From: Anaeramoeba ignava BMAN
Taxonomy: Eukaryota > Protista > Anaeramoebae
Reading direction: 5' to 3'
Assembly: GCA_028826165.1 (NCBI GenBank)
Contig: JAPDFW010000094.1
Coordinates: 1-64,000 of the forward strand
DNA length: 64,000 nt
The translations under genes were made by a program, and so were the position numbers. Within the stretch, counting starts at the first letter, position 1, and every line of letters starts with the position of its first letter. Under the pieces are notes generated by a model. The model did no database searches, had not been told where the DNA came from, and saw only the letters and a program-made list of their open reading frames with translations. Shown here piece by piece: positions 51,703-63,588 of this stretch.

Positions 51703-53952
51703 ATGAAAGTTTTTATTTTCTTATTAATTTTTCCTTTTATTTTCATTTTCAAACACACAACTTTGTAATTTTCAATCCAATTTATTTTATAATTATTCTT
51801 CAATAGTTGAATGTGTAAAATCAGTTCCTTTTCAAGAAAATAATACAGTTATTGAAACAGTAAATCAAATTTTTGAAGAATATGTTTTTAAAGATATTGT
51901 TCAAGATATTTCAACTGAATTTCATCATTTCCAAATTAATTTAACAGAAGAACTTAATCAAATTAATCAAAAAACATTTTCAAATGATTTTGATTTTCAA
52001 CAATCAATATCTGATATTGTTGACTCACTTTATGATGCTCATACCAGCTATCAAAAACCACTCTGTTATAATTCTTTCACATTTTATTTTCCATTACAAT
52101 TATCAATTAAAGAAAATCAATATTCAAATCCAGAAGTTTATGTTTCAGGTATTTATGATAAAATTGAAGGTTTTGCTAATATTTATGAATCTATAACAGG
52201 AATTAATCCAAGAAATTATATTGGAGAAACTATTATTACAATTGATAATCAAGTAATTTTTTAATTTATTCAAAATATTCAAAATATTCAAAATATTTAA
52301 TATATTCAAAATATATAAATAGGATGCTTGGGATTTTCTATTGATTGAATCTTCAAAACTTTCAATTTCAAAAGATCCTTCTTGTTGTTTAAATCAATAT
52401 CTTCAAAATGATTTTATGGAAATAAGTCTTGGATATTCTCCAATACCTGAAAAAGAAAACAGAACTATTCAATTTAATTCAGGTTCTGTTGATTTTCCTT
52501 TTATTGGAATGTGTACAAGTAATTTTAGTTCACAATCAGATTTTCAAACACAATGTCTTTGTAAGTTTTATTTTTATTTTTAATTCTGATTTTAATCAAT
52601 TTAATTTTAATTTTAATTTTTATTTAGCTGGATTAAATGAGACAAATTTAGAAAAATCCAAATTAAAAAGTTTTGAAGAGAAAGAAAGAAAAGAATTTTT
52701 ATCTCCTGTTTTAGAAAAGAAAAGAAGAAAACAAATGATTTATGAATATTTTACTTCACAAGATAATGAAAAAGAAAATGTTATTGATGGAAGTGTTGTT
52801 ATTTTTAATACATCTAATTCTGTTAATTTTGAAGTTTTTACAGGTGATTCAGGAATTCAATATGGAATATTCCGAATAATAACATTTTCACCACCAAATC
52901 AAACTGAATTTGAAGAAATATTGAATTATGGAATGGAATATATTCAATCAAACAATATTGATTATTTAATTATTGATCTTAGACAAAATGAAGGAGGTAT
53001 TATTGCTTTAAGTTATCAATTATTCTATTTCTTTTTCAATTTAACAAATTCACCAATTTATGGAAATTATGATTTCAGACATTCAAGTATAAATACTCAA
53101 ATGTTTACTAAATGTGCTGAAAATGAAAATTGTACAGAAAAGCAAATGTTTTTTACACCTTTATATTGGTATAATCAATCTGAACAACAATGGACTAATG
53201 GAAATTGGTTTGATCCTGTTACTTATTTAAGAGGAGGAGAATTTGCTCAATTCTCAACTTTGGTTCATGAAGCTCCAAATATTTCTTGGAAAAGTCCAAT
53301 TCAATTTGATAAAAATCATACTATATTATTATCAGATGGAATTTGTGGAAGTTCATGTGCAGTTTTTTCATCTAAAATTATTCAAAACAATTTAGCAACA
53401 ACATTTACTATTGGAGGAATTCCAAATTCAGAAATGTCATTTATAAGTTTTCCAGGAGGACAATCTTTTTATTCAGGAGGTTTAATTGAATATATCAATA
53501 TACTTGAAGAAACTTATGGAATTGTAATTGATAATCCACCAACACCATTTGAATCAGATAATGAACTCATGTTTACTTATCGAGAAATTTATCCATTTAA
53601 TACAAATGAAATTACCAATTCAACGATTCCACTTGAATTTATGTTTTTACCAACAGAAAATAAATTGAATATTTGGGATTTTTCAAATGAATCATTAATT
53701 TATCAAGGAATTGATAGTTATTTAAATCCAACTCCATCTCCAACTCCAAATCCTAATCAAAATTCAAGTTCTTCAGGAAATAAAAAAGTTACAATAGCTC
53801 TTGGTGTTGTTATTCCTATTGTTTTTATTTCCGTAATTATTATAGTAATAATTATTTATCGAAAAAAAAACAAAAAAACTTCATATATAGATTTAAGTTC
53901 TGAAGAGATTAAAAATGAAAACAAATTTTTGGTTGATTTGGGTTTAATTTAA
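51703..53952 (+). CDS. S41-like peptidase copy 6 (type I TM, YIDL tail); introns 52253-52322, 52561-52627
   Basis: DAHT, DLRQNEGG, CGSSC. TM IALGVVIPIVFISVIIIVIII, tail RKKNKKTSYIDL...FLVDLGLI*. Poly-T frameshift in the signal peptide. Confidence 0.8.
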
Positions 53953-54001
53953 TTTGATAAAAAAAAGAATAAAGGAGAAATGAGAAGAAAAGATTTTAAT
54001 T

Positions 54002-55817
54002 TTAATTTTGATTTTGATTTTGATTATTAAATTTTTTAATTAATAAATTAAATAAATTTGGATATGTTTGATTTAATTGAAAATAATCAATTCCAATTTG
54101 AATTTCTTCAATTATTTCTTGTGTAATTTGAATTTCATCTTTAATTTGATTTGAATAAATCCAATATTCAAATATTTGAAATGATTTATTACTTAATTCA
54201 CTATAATCTGTAACTTTATTAGATTTATCTTCTAGTAACAGATAAAAACATTCCTCGATATAATTCACTTCTCATTATTAATATTAATTTTGGAAATTTA
54301 TATTGTTTTTCTTTTCTTTCAATTATAAAATCTTTTTCATTTTCATTTTCATTTTCATTTAAATAAATTCTTTTCATTGTTTCTTCAATTTTTTCATTTA
54401 AATTTAAAATTTCTTTAATTTCAGAATATAATTTTGGATTTATTTTGGAATTATTTGAATAAATCATTTCAAATATTTGATTTGATTCTTTAATTGATTT
54501 TTTGAAATAATTTCTTTAAGTTTTTCATTTTCATTTTGATTTTGATTTAATCTATATTTCAATATTAATTTATGAGCTTCAATTATTTCTCCATTTTCTG
54601 TTTTAAATGAAATATCACAAAATTCTTTTCTTTGGAATAATTTTATCAAATCTTCTTCAAGATTGGAAAAAGAAGGAGGAGAATAATAAAAAAATGAATT
54701 GTTATATCCACAAGAAATACGATAATTATAAATATTTTCATTAAATCTTAATTTAGGAAGTTCAATTTGAATTGGAAGTAATTGATTATTTGTATTTCCA
54801 TTTCCTAATTGACCATAACCATTATTTCCAAATACTATTAATTTTGATTTAGATGCTAAAATCAAAGTATGAGCATTTCCAACAGAAAAATCAAGAATAT
54901 TATCATCATTTTCAAATAAAGATGATTTGATTTCAGTAAATTTAGTTATTCTGTCTCCCATCTTATTTAATCCTGATAAATTTATTTCTCCACATGAATA
55001 AAGTTTTCTTTTTGGATTTTCATTTTCATCTTCATTTTCAACCAGCATTATTGAATGCCAAAATCCACATTGAATATCAATTATTTTGCCTTTTGGAATA
55101 TTTTGGATTTTGGTTAATTTTTGGATAAAATACAAATCATTTCCAATTCCCATTGAACTATTGAAATTATTACCGCATCCAAATAATTCTTGATTTGAAT
55201 TTAAAAGAAAAACCAGATTAGAAGTATTTCCTGAAAATATTTTAGAAACATTTTTCATTATTAAAATAGGTTTTTCTGTTTTTGTAAGTGTTTCATAATC
55301 AAAACCAAGTTGACAAAATTTATTTGAACCAATTCCATAAACATTTTGATTTGAAGTTAATAAGTAAATTGAATGAGATCCAGAAACAATATCTTGAATT
55401 ATTCTATCGTTTGTATCTTCAATTAATGATGAAATATTGATAAATTCTTTGGATTTTTGGATTGATATCAATTCCTTTGGCAAATACATTTCCTTCTATT
55501 GTTAAAATAGCTTCATTATCATAACCAATAGATACTTTTTGGATATTTTCTTCAATTTGGATTTTTTTAGGTTTTTGATTTGAATCTTTTTCATTTAAAT
55601 ATTCTATTGCTTTTCCATTTTTAAAAAGGAAAATTGTTGAAAATTTTGATGATGAAATTTGTTTAATTTGTTTTTCATTTTCATTTTCATTTTCATTTTC
55701 TTTTTCATTTTCATTTTCATTTTCAAATTTAAATTGAATTGGTTTTATTATTTTATTTGGTTTATTTTTGATAAGTTTTGGATATTCATTTAAACCAAAA
55801 AATAAAATTTCATTCAT
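54002..55817 (-). CDS. RCC1-BTB protein, copy E (three 1-nt frameshifts)
   Basis: ORFs 55419-55817, 54464-55489, 54225-54467 and 54002-54268 are collinear with copies A-D. Confidence 0.82.
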
Positions 55818-55908
55818 TTTTAAAATGAAAAAAATGAAAAAAATAATTTTTAAAATTTTAATTTTTCATTTTTTTTCTTTTCAAAAAATTAAAAAAAAAA
55901 TAAATAAA
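55818..55908. promoter_or_regulatory. Putative bidirectional promoter, RCC1-BTB copy E / DBR1
   Basis: 91 bp between the divergent ATGs, with back-to-back TTTTCATTTT motifs on opposite strands. Confidence 0.5.
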
Positions 55909-58900
55909 ATGGAAAATCAATCAATTAACGTATTTAAAATTAAAATTAAAAATTAAAATTAAAACTAAAAAATTAAAATTATTTTTTAGATTGCAGTTGT
56001 TGGATGTATTCATGGATCATTAGAAGAAACATATAATGCAATAAATATAATGGAAAGAGAGAATAAAATCAAGATAGATTTAGTTATTTGTTGTGGAGAT
56101 TTCCAAGCAGTTCGTGATTCTTTTGAATTAGAAACTGTTGTTTGTCCTAGAAAATATAAAAATATGAGATCTTTTTATAAATATTATTTAGGTCAGAAAA
56201 AAGCTCCAATTTTAACTATTTTTGTTGGAGGAAATCATGAAGCATCATCTCATCTTCAAGAATTGTAAATTAAAATTCATTTTATAATTAAATTAAAAAT
56301 TAAAATTAAAATTAAAATTAAAATTAAAATTTAAATCAAAATTAAAATTAAAATTAAAATTAAAATTAAAATTAAAATTAAAATTTAAAATTAAAATTAA
56401 AATTAAAATTTATTTATAAAATTAAAATTAAAATTAAAATTAAAATTAAAATTAAAATTAAAATTTATTTATAAATTAAAATTAAAATTAAAATTAAAAT
56501 TAAAATTAAAATTAAAATTAAATTAAAATTAAAATTAAAATTTAAAATTAAAAAAATTAAAATTTAAAATTAAAATTAAAATTAAAATTAAAATTAAAAT
56601 TAAAATTAAAATTAAAATTAAAATTAAAATTAAAATTAAAAATTAAAATTAAAATTAAAATTAAAATTAAAATTAAAATTAAAATTTAAAATTAAAATTA
56701 AAATTTAAATTATTTATAAAATTAAAATTAAAATTAAATTTAAAAATTAAAATCAAAATTAAAATTAAAAATTAAAATTCAAAATTAAAATTAAAATTTA
56801 AATTTAAATTAAAATCAAAATTAAAATCAAAATTAAAATCAAAATTAAAATCAAAATTAAAATTTAAATTAAAATTAAAATTAAAAATCAAAATTTAAAA
56901 TCAAAAATTTTCTTTATTTGGATACATTTATCAAGAATTTTTGGAGGTTGGGTTGCACCAAATATTTATTATATGGGATTAGCAAGTGTTATTAATTTCC
57001 GAGGTTTAAGAATTGGAGGAATATCAGGAATTTATAAAAATCACGATTTTACAAAATCTTATTATGAAGAAAATCCATTTAATCAAAATAGTTTAAGAAG
57101 TATTTATCATGTTCGGAGTTTGGATGTTTTTAAATTAAGTCTTTTGCAGAGAAATCAAATAGACATTTTTATGTCACATGATTGGCCTGTTGGAATTACT
57201 TCTTTTGGAGATGTTCAAAGTTTATTAAGAATAAAACCTGATTTTCAAAAGGATATTAATAATAATTCACTTGGAAATCCTTATTTATCAAACTTACTTT
57301 TTCAATTAAAACCTTCTTATTGGTTTGCTGCTCATTTACATTGTAAATTTGCTGCTTTAGTTCCCCATTATGATACTATTCCTGCTAAAAAAACAAAATT
57401 TCTTGCTCTTGATAAATGCTTACCTTTTAGACATTTTTTACAATTAATTCATATTAAAGATTCTTATTTTAAAAAAAGAGAAAACCAAAATGAAATTCAA
57501 ATTGAAATTCAAAATCAAAATCAAAATGAAATTGAAAATCAAAATGCAAAATCAAAATCAAAATCAAAATCAAAATGAAATTGAAAATCAAAATGAAATT
57601 GAAATTGAAAATCAAAATCAAAATGAAATTCAAAATCAAAATCAAAATCAAAATGAAATTGAAAATGAAATTGAAAATCAAAATCAAATTCAAAATGAAA
57701 ATCAAAATCAAAATGAAATTCAAAATCAAAATGAAATTCAAAATGAAAATAAAAATGAAATTCAAAATGAAATTCAAAATCAAAATGAAATTCAAAATCA
57801 AAATGAAATTGAAAATGAAATTGAAATTCAAAATCAAAATCAAAATGAAAATCAAAATCAAAATCAAAATCAAAATCAAATTCAAAATAAAAATAAAAAT
57901 AAAAATCAAAATAAAAATAAAAATCAAAATAAAATTGAACAAGATAGTTTATATTATGATATTGAATGGATTGCAATTCTTCGTGCAACTGAACATTTAT
58001 TTTCTCGAAAACAAGAACTTTTTAGTTTTGAACAATATAAAGAAAAAGAAGAAGAAATTTTACAAAAAATTAATGAAGAAATAGAAAATATTAAAAAAGA
58101 AAATATTGATCTTAAAATTCCTTTTAATTTTAAACAAAAACCAAAAAAATTTCAACATAATTTTAAAGGAGTTTATGCCAATCCACAAAGAATTGAATTT
58201 TGCAAATTAATATCAATTACAGATCCATTTGATAACAAAAACAATTATAATCAAAATTTTAATCAAAATTTTAATCAAAATTATCAAAATTATCAAAAAG
58301 CTCAAGAATTAAAAAATCAAAATTATAACCAAAATTACAATCAAAATTATAACCAAAATTTTAATCAAAATTATAACCAAAATTATAATCAAAATTATAA
58401 CCAAAATTTTAATCAAAATTATAATAAAAATTATAATAAAAATTATAACCAAAATTATAATCAAAATTATAATCAAAATTATAATCAAAATTATAATCAA
58501 AATTATAACCAAAATTTTAACCAAAAACGAATGATTGATGAAAATGATTCTTTACTTTCATTAATGTATCCTGTTTCTCAAAATCAAAATCAAAATCAAA
58601 ATCAAAATCAAAATCAAAATCAAAATCAAAATCAAAATCAAAATCAAAATCAAAATCAAAATCAAAATCAAAATCAAAATCAAAATCAAAATCAAAATCA
58701 AAATCAAAATCAAAATCAAAATCAAAATCAAAATCAAAATCAAAATCAAAATCAAAATCAAAATCAAAATCAAAATCAAAATCAAAATCAAAATCAAAAT
58801 CAAAATCAATTTAAAAATCAAAATTTAAATCAAAATCAAAATCAAAATCAAAATCAAAATCAAAATCAAAATCAATTTAAAAATCAAAATCAATTTAAAA

Positions 58901-59058
58901 ATCAAAATCAATTTAAAAATCCAGAAGAAATTAATTTAGATGAATTAGAAAATTTATTAGAAAATCAATTTAAAAATTCAGAAGAAATTGATTTAAATTT
59001 AAATGAAAATGAAAATAATAAAAATAAAGATGAAATTGATTTAAATTTATTTGATTAA
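55909..59058 (+). CDS. DBR1: RNA lariat debranching enzyme with Q/N/Y-rich expansions; exons 55909-55929, 55990-56264, 56936-59058
   Basis: IAVVGCIHG, CCGDFQAVR, GGNHEAS, GGWVAPNIYY, SHDWP, WFAAHLH, TKFLALDKC, LYYDIEW, NPQ. Frameshift at ~57548 inside a repeat. Confidence 0.95.
56290..56910 (+). repeat. (AAAATT)n filling DBR1 intron 2 (56265-56935)
   Basis: Visible array. Confidence 0.95.
58245..58920 (+). repeat. Coding repeats (NYNQ/NFNQ)n and (QN)n in the DBR1 C-terminus
   Basis: 12-bp AATTATAATCAA units, then a perfect (CAAAAT)n run from ~58579. Confidence 0.95.
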
Positions 59059-59103
59059 ATAAAAAATTCTTTCTAAAATTTATTTTTATTTTTAAATTTA
59101 TTT

Positions 59104-62100
59104 TTATTTTTTTTTTGAATTTAATCTATTTTTTGAAAAAGCAGTTTTTCTTGCAAAAAATCTATGTCTAACTTCAGCTCTTCTAAGAGCAAATTCTTTT
59201 TCTTCTTTATCTTTTTTTCTTTTTTTTTCAATATTTTTCTTTTGAGATAATTGTTTTTGTTTTTGAGCTTTATCTTTAGAAATTTGAGTAATTTGATTAA
59301 CAAGACCAACAACCTTTTTTTCATGGTCATCAAGAACAACAGCTCTTGTTTGATTTTTTTGGATTTTACTGAATTTCGGTTTGAGTTCAAAAGGTAATTG
59401 AGCTTGTAATTTTTTGGGGATTTTCAAAGAATTAAAAAGAGGTTCTTTTCGATCAACATTTTTATAAAGAGAGTCCTGGTTAACAACAGGACCAACGCCT
59501 TGTTCTCTTCGAAGCTGAACAACAGTCTTCATTGGTTGCCATGAAACAGAATCTGTTGGTGATTGAACATTTTCATTTTCAGAAATTTCCAAGTTGTTTT
59601 TTTGTGGTTTTCTTTTCATAAGATGAGAAGTAACTGGATTATAAAAATTAAACGGTTTAACTGGAAACCAAGTTCTCATAAACACAATATCACTGGTGCG
59701 AATTTTGTCTTCAAAAGTTGCTCTAAAAGCTCCAGGTGGGGATTTAAGTGCTTTTTTAATTTGACCCCGAATTCCACTTACTGTCCGAATTTTTGCTCTT
59801 TCGAATTTTGCAACTTCAAGTTGAGTTGAGAACATATTTTGAATAAACGCAGTGTTTTTGAATATTTTAAATGGATAACCGACTAGTTTGAGTTTCTTTA
59901 CAACAGAAACAGATTGATCGAGTTCCAAAACAACTCCAGTTGCAGAAATGCGGAATCCTGCAAGATTATCATCAATATATTGGAAACCAACAAACCCCGT
60001 ATTTTGTGGTGTGATTGGCCCATAAAAAAACGCCTCGCAATGCATGTGCTCAGGCGTATATTTAAGTGCTCTTTGGCGATTGTTTTGATCCGTGATGAAG
60101 TAAAGTGGGATTGTCTGGAATCTTCTCCATCCAATTGATATAATTAATGGGTCGTTGGTTTTCAGAATTTTTTTGTACCATCGATGTCTCTTGATTCTTA
60201 CATGCACAAACCCCATTTGATCTTCATGGCTCTGCAATCCTCCAACAATTATTGGGTAATGTGCATCAAAATACTCAACAAATTCCACTGGGATTTCTTC
60301 AAACTCCATACGCACATAAGTTCCCGGTGGACATCCTGTATATATTGCTCTTGTTTGTAAATCCTGCTCCTCAAATTCTTGCTTATTGACTTGGTTTTGT
60401 TGTTCGGAATTTTCCTGTAATTCTCCAAAAAATGTTGGTATTTTTTCATCCATTTTAAATGCTTTATCGTTTCTGTGTTTTCTACTATGACTTTTTTCGT
60501 CTCCATCCTCGTATTCTTGTTTAGTATCGTATTCTTCATCAAATTTTTCTTTTTGGAGAATTTTCTTTTTATGATAATCATTTTCATTTTCATCTTCATT
60601 TTCATTTTCATCAAAATTTTCAACTTCATTTTCATTTCCATTTTCATTTCCATCAAAATTCCCTTTTTTTCCTTCAAATGTTTCTCCTGTTTCAAGATCT
60701 TCAAAATCTCCATAAATTTCTTCATCATTATCATTATCATTTTCATTTTCATTTTCATTTTCATTTTCATCATCATTTTGACCAATTTTTGTTTGTGAAA
60801 TTTTTTGACGAATTATTTTCATTAGTTCTTCTTGATTAAAAAAATTTTCTACATTTATATCTGTTGTGTTATCCCAAGAAAACACAGAACAATCATTTCT
60901 CAATTTTGTTTTTGGATCATTTGAATCATTAGATTTTTTAACAGGAATGAAAAATTCTTCATCTGAATTTTCTTCATTTTCATATTGAATCTTATTTGTA
61001 TCCATAGTTGATAGATTTGTGATCTTTTTAGATTCATTATGATCATTATTATCATCTCCATATATTAATTTACTAAGATTAATATTAATATTTGGTGCTA
61101 GAAGTGATTCATGAGCTGCAATTTTATCTGTGTTATAAACTTCATTATAATCAATTTCATCTTCATCTTCATCTTCATCTTCTTCATCATCATCAAAAAC
61201 AAATTCATTTTTTTGTTTATTATTTTTTTGAGAATTTTCTTCAAAAATTGCTTTTCTTCTAACTCTTCCATCATCCATAACAATTTTCTCTTCTTTTGGA
61301 AGTTTTTTAAAAGTGATTTTTCATTTTCATTTTCATTTTCATTTTCAATCTCATCAATAGATTTTGTAGAATCGGAAATTAAAGTTAAATTCCCTTTTTT
61401 AATTTTTTCATCAATAGTAATATCTGCTTGTTGTAATTTTTTCACAAGATTTTCTCCTGGTCCATGATCAGTAATATTATCAGAAGAAAAACGAATTTGT
61501 TCATCTGGGATATCAATATAAACAGCATCCTTATCAAAAAAAACACCACCAACATTACTCATTGGACAATATAATATTTTTTCTCTTTCATTCAATGTTC
61601 TTCTTTTTAATTCTTGTTCTTTTGTTGGTAAAGGACAAGGATCAGGCAATAAAGTTATATTTTGTATTCTAAAATCTCCACAACCTGGAATGTGTACTTT
61701 AATATCTTTTTTGAAGTTCATTCCGTGAACATATCCATATAATGCTACTTTTCTATCTCCTTTTGGATTTTTTCTAATTTCTTCAGGTTCTGTTATATCT
61801 TCGAATCTATCAACAAACACAAATGGATGTGTGTTTCTCCAAATGAGTGGTCTGAATTTCATTACAGAAATAAATCTGGATAAATTGAGAATTTCTCTTT
61901 TTGGATATCTTTTAATTTTAATATTAATTTTATAAAAGATTTAAATTTTAAATTTTGATTTTAATTTTAATTTTAATTTTAATTTTAATTTTAATTTTGA
62001 TTTTAATTTTAAATTTTGATTTTAATTTTAAATTTTGATTTTAATTTTAAATTTTGATTTTAATTTTAATTTTCTACCTTCCATATATAATTCCAGATAA

Positions 62101-63509
62101 ATAAAAAAGTTTAGCTCCTTGATATATTTCTGTCCAAAATCTTTTTTTTAAAATTTTTTTAGTTCTTCTAAGTGTTTTATTTTCTTTAAATTTATCTAAA
62201 TGTGTTAAAATTCCCATAACTCTTGGAAATCCATGAGCTTGAAGTAAATTTAAAAATTCAAATGTTTCCTATTTATTTATAAATATAATTATAAATTTAT
62301 TTATAAATTTTGATATGAATTTAATTATAAATATTATTATAAATTTAATTATAAATTTAATTATAAATTTTGATATAAATTTTATTATAAATATTATTAT
62401 AAATTTAATTATAAATTTAATTATAAATTTAATTATAAATTTTGATATAAATTTAATTATAAATTTTATTATAAATTTAATTATAAATATTATTATAAAT
62501 TTAATTATAAATTTAATTATAAATATAATTATAAATATAATTATAAATTTAATTATAAATTTAATTATAAATATAATTATAAATATTATTATAAATTTAA
62601 TTATAAATATTATTATAAATTTAATTATAAATATAATTATAAATTTAATTATAAATTTAATTATAAATTTAATTATAAATTTAATTATAAATTTAATTAT
62701 AAATTTAATTATAAATTTAATTATAAATTTAATTATAAATTTATTTCAAATTTTGATTGTAAATTTAATAAATGAATTTTATACCATTTCAAATCCAAAT
62801 GATGCATCAATTAAAAGTAATATTAAATCTGCAATTTTTGCAATATCAACCATAGAATTAAGATCATTTTTTGATTCAAAAAAAGTTAATCTTCTATTTT
62901 TTCCACTAATTAAAGTAACTTAATATAAATTAAAATATAAATAAATTAAAATATAATAAAAAATATAAATATAAATATAAATTAAAATATAAATTAAAAT
63001 ATAAATTAAAATATAAATTAAAAATATAAATTAAAAATATAAATTAAAATATAAATTAAAATATAAAAAATAAAAATAAATAAATCTTACTTGGCCCTTT
63101 GATTTCATTTATATTTTGTTTTGTATAACGTTTAACAAGAGAACTTTTTAATAAAAAAAATTTTAATTTAAATAAAAAGAAAAAAAAAATTTTTTTTAAA
63201 ATTTAAATTTAAATTTTAATTTTACCGAATTAATGTGCTCTTTCCTGTTGATGGAGGTCCAACTACCCCAACAATAATTGGTTTATCATCTGTAGAACGT
63301 TTTACAATTGGATAATGAAGTTTTTTTTCAATTCTATCTGTTCTTCTTTGAGCAATTTTTTGGAAATTTACTGAAGATCTAACAGAAAATGCTTTTTCAT
63401 TTTTATGTTTTGGAAATTGTTTATTCTTTTTCATTAATTTTTTTTTCTTCGCAAATTTTCCACCAACATTTTTTTTATTATGTTTTTTATTTTCTTGTTC
63501 TTCATTCAT
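59104..63509 (-). CDS. BMS1: Ribosome biogenesis GTPase BMS1; exons 63509-63226, 63143-63091, 62918-62785, 62268-62078, 61908-59104
   Basis: [20 protein letters not shown]|[70 protein letters not shown]. One frameshift near 61290-61310. Confidence 0.96.
62280..62760. repeat. 12-bp tandem repeat (ATAAATTTAATT) filling BMS1 intron 3 (62269-62784)
   Basis: Visible array. Confidence 0.95.
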
Positions 63510-63588
63510 TTTATAAAAGAAAAAAAAAAAAAAAAGTCTTGTAAAAGAAAAAAAATGAAAAAAATTTTTTTTGATAAATTTTTTTTTT

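Noticed and set aside
4015-59106. TAAA overlapping stop codons as a Trichomonas-like poly(A) signal
   Set aside because: It is frequent here but expected by chance at this A+T content, and several genes end TAG, TGA or TAAT/TAAC. It cannot be supported without 3'-end data.
4014-62923. ORFs such as (ILIL)n, (NFNF)n, (NILNIL)n, (IQNIQY)n, (INLI)n and (VLEL)n
   Set aside because: These are translations of microsatellite introns or spacers, or antisense frames of coding repeats.
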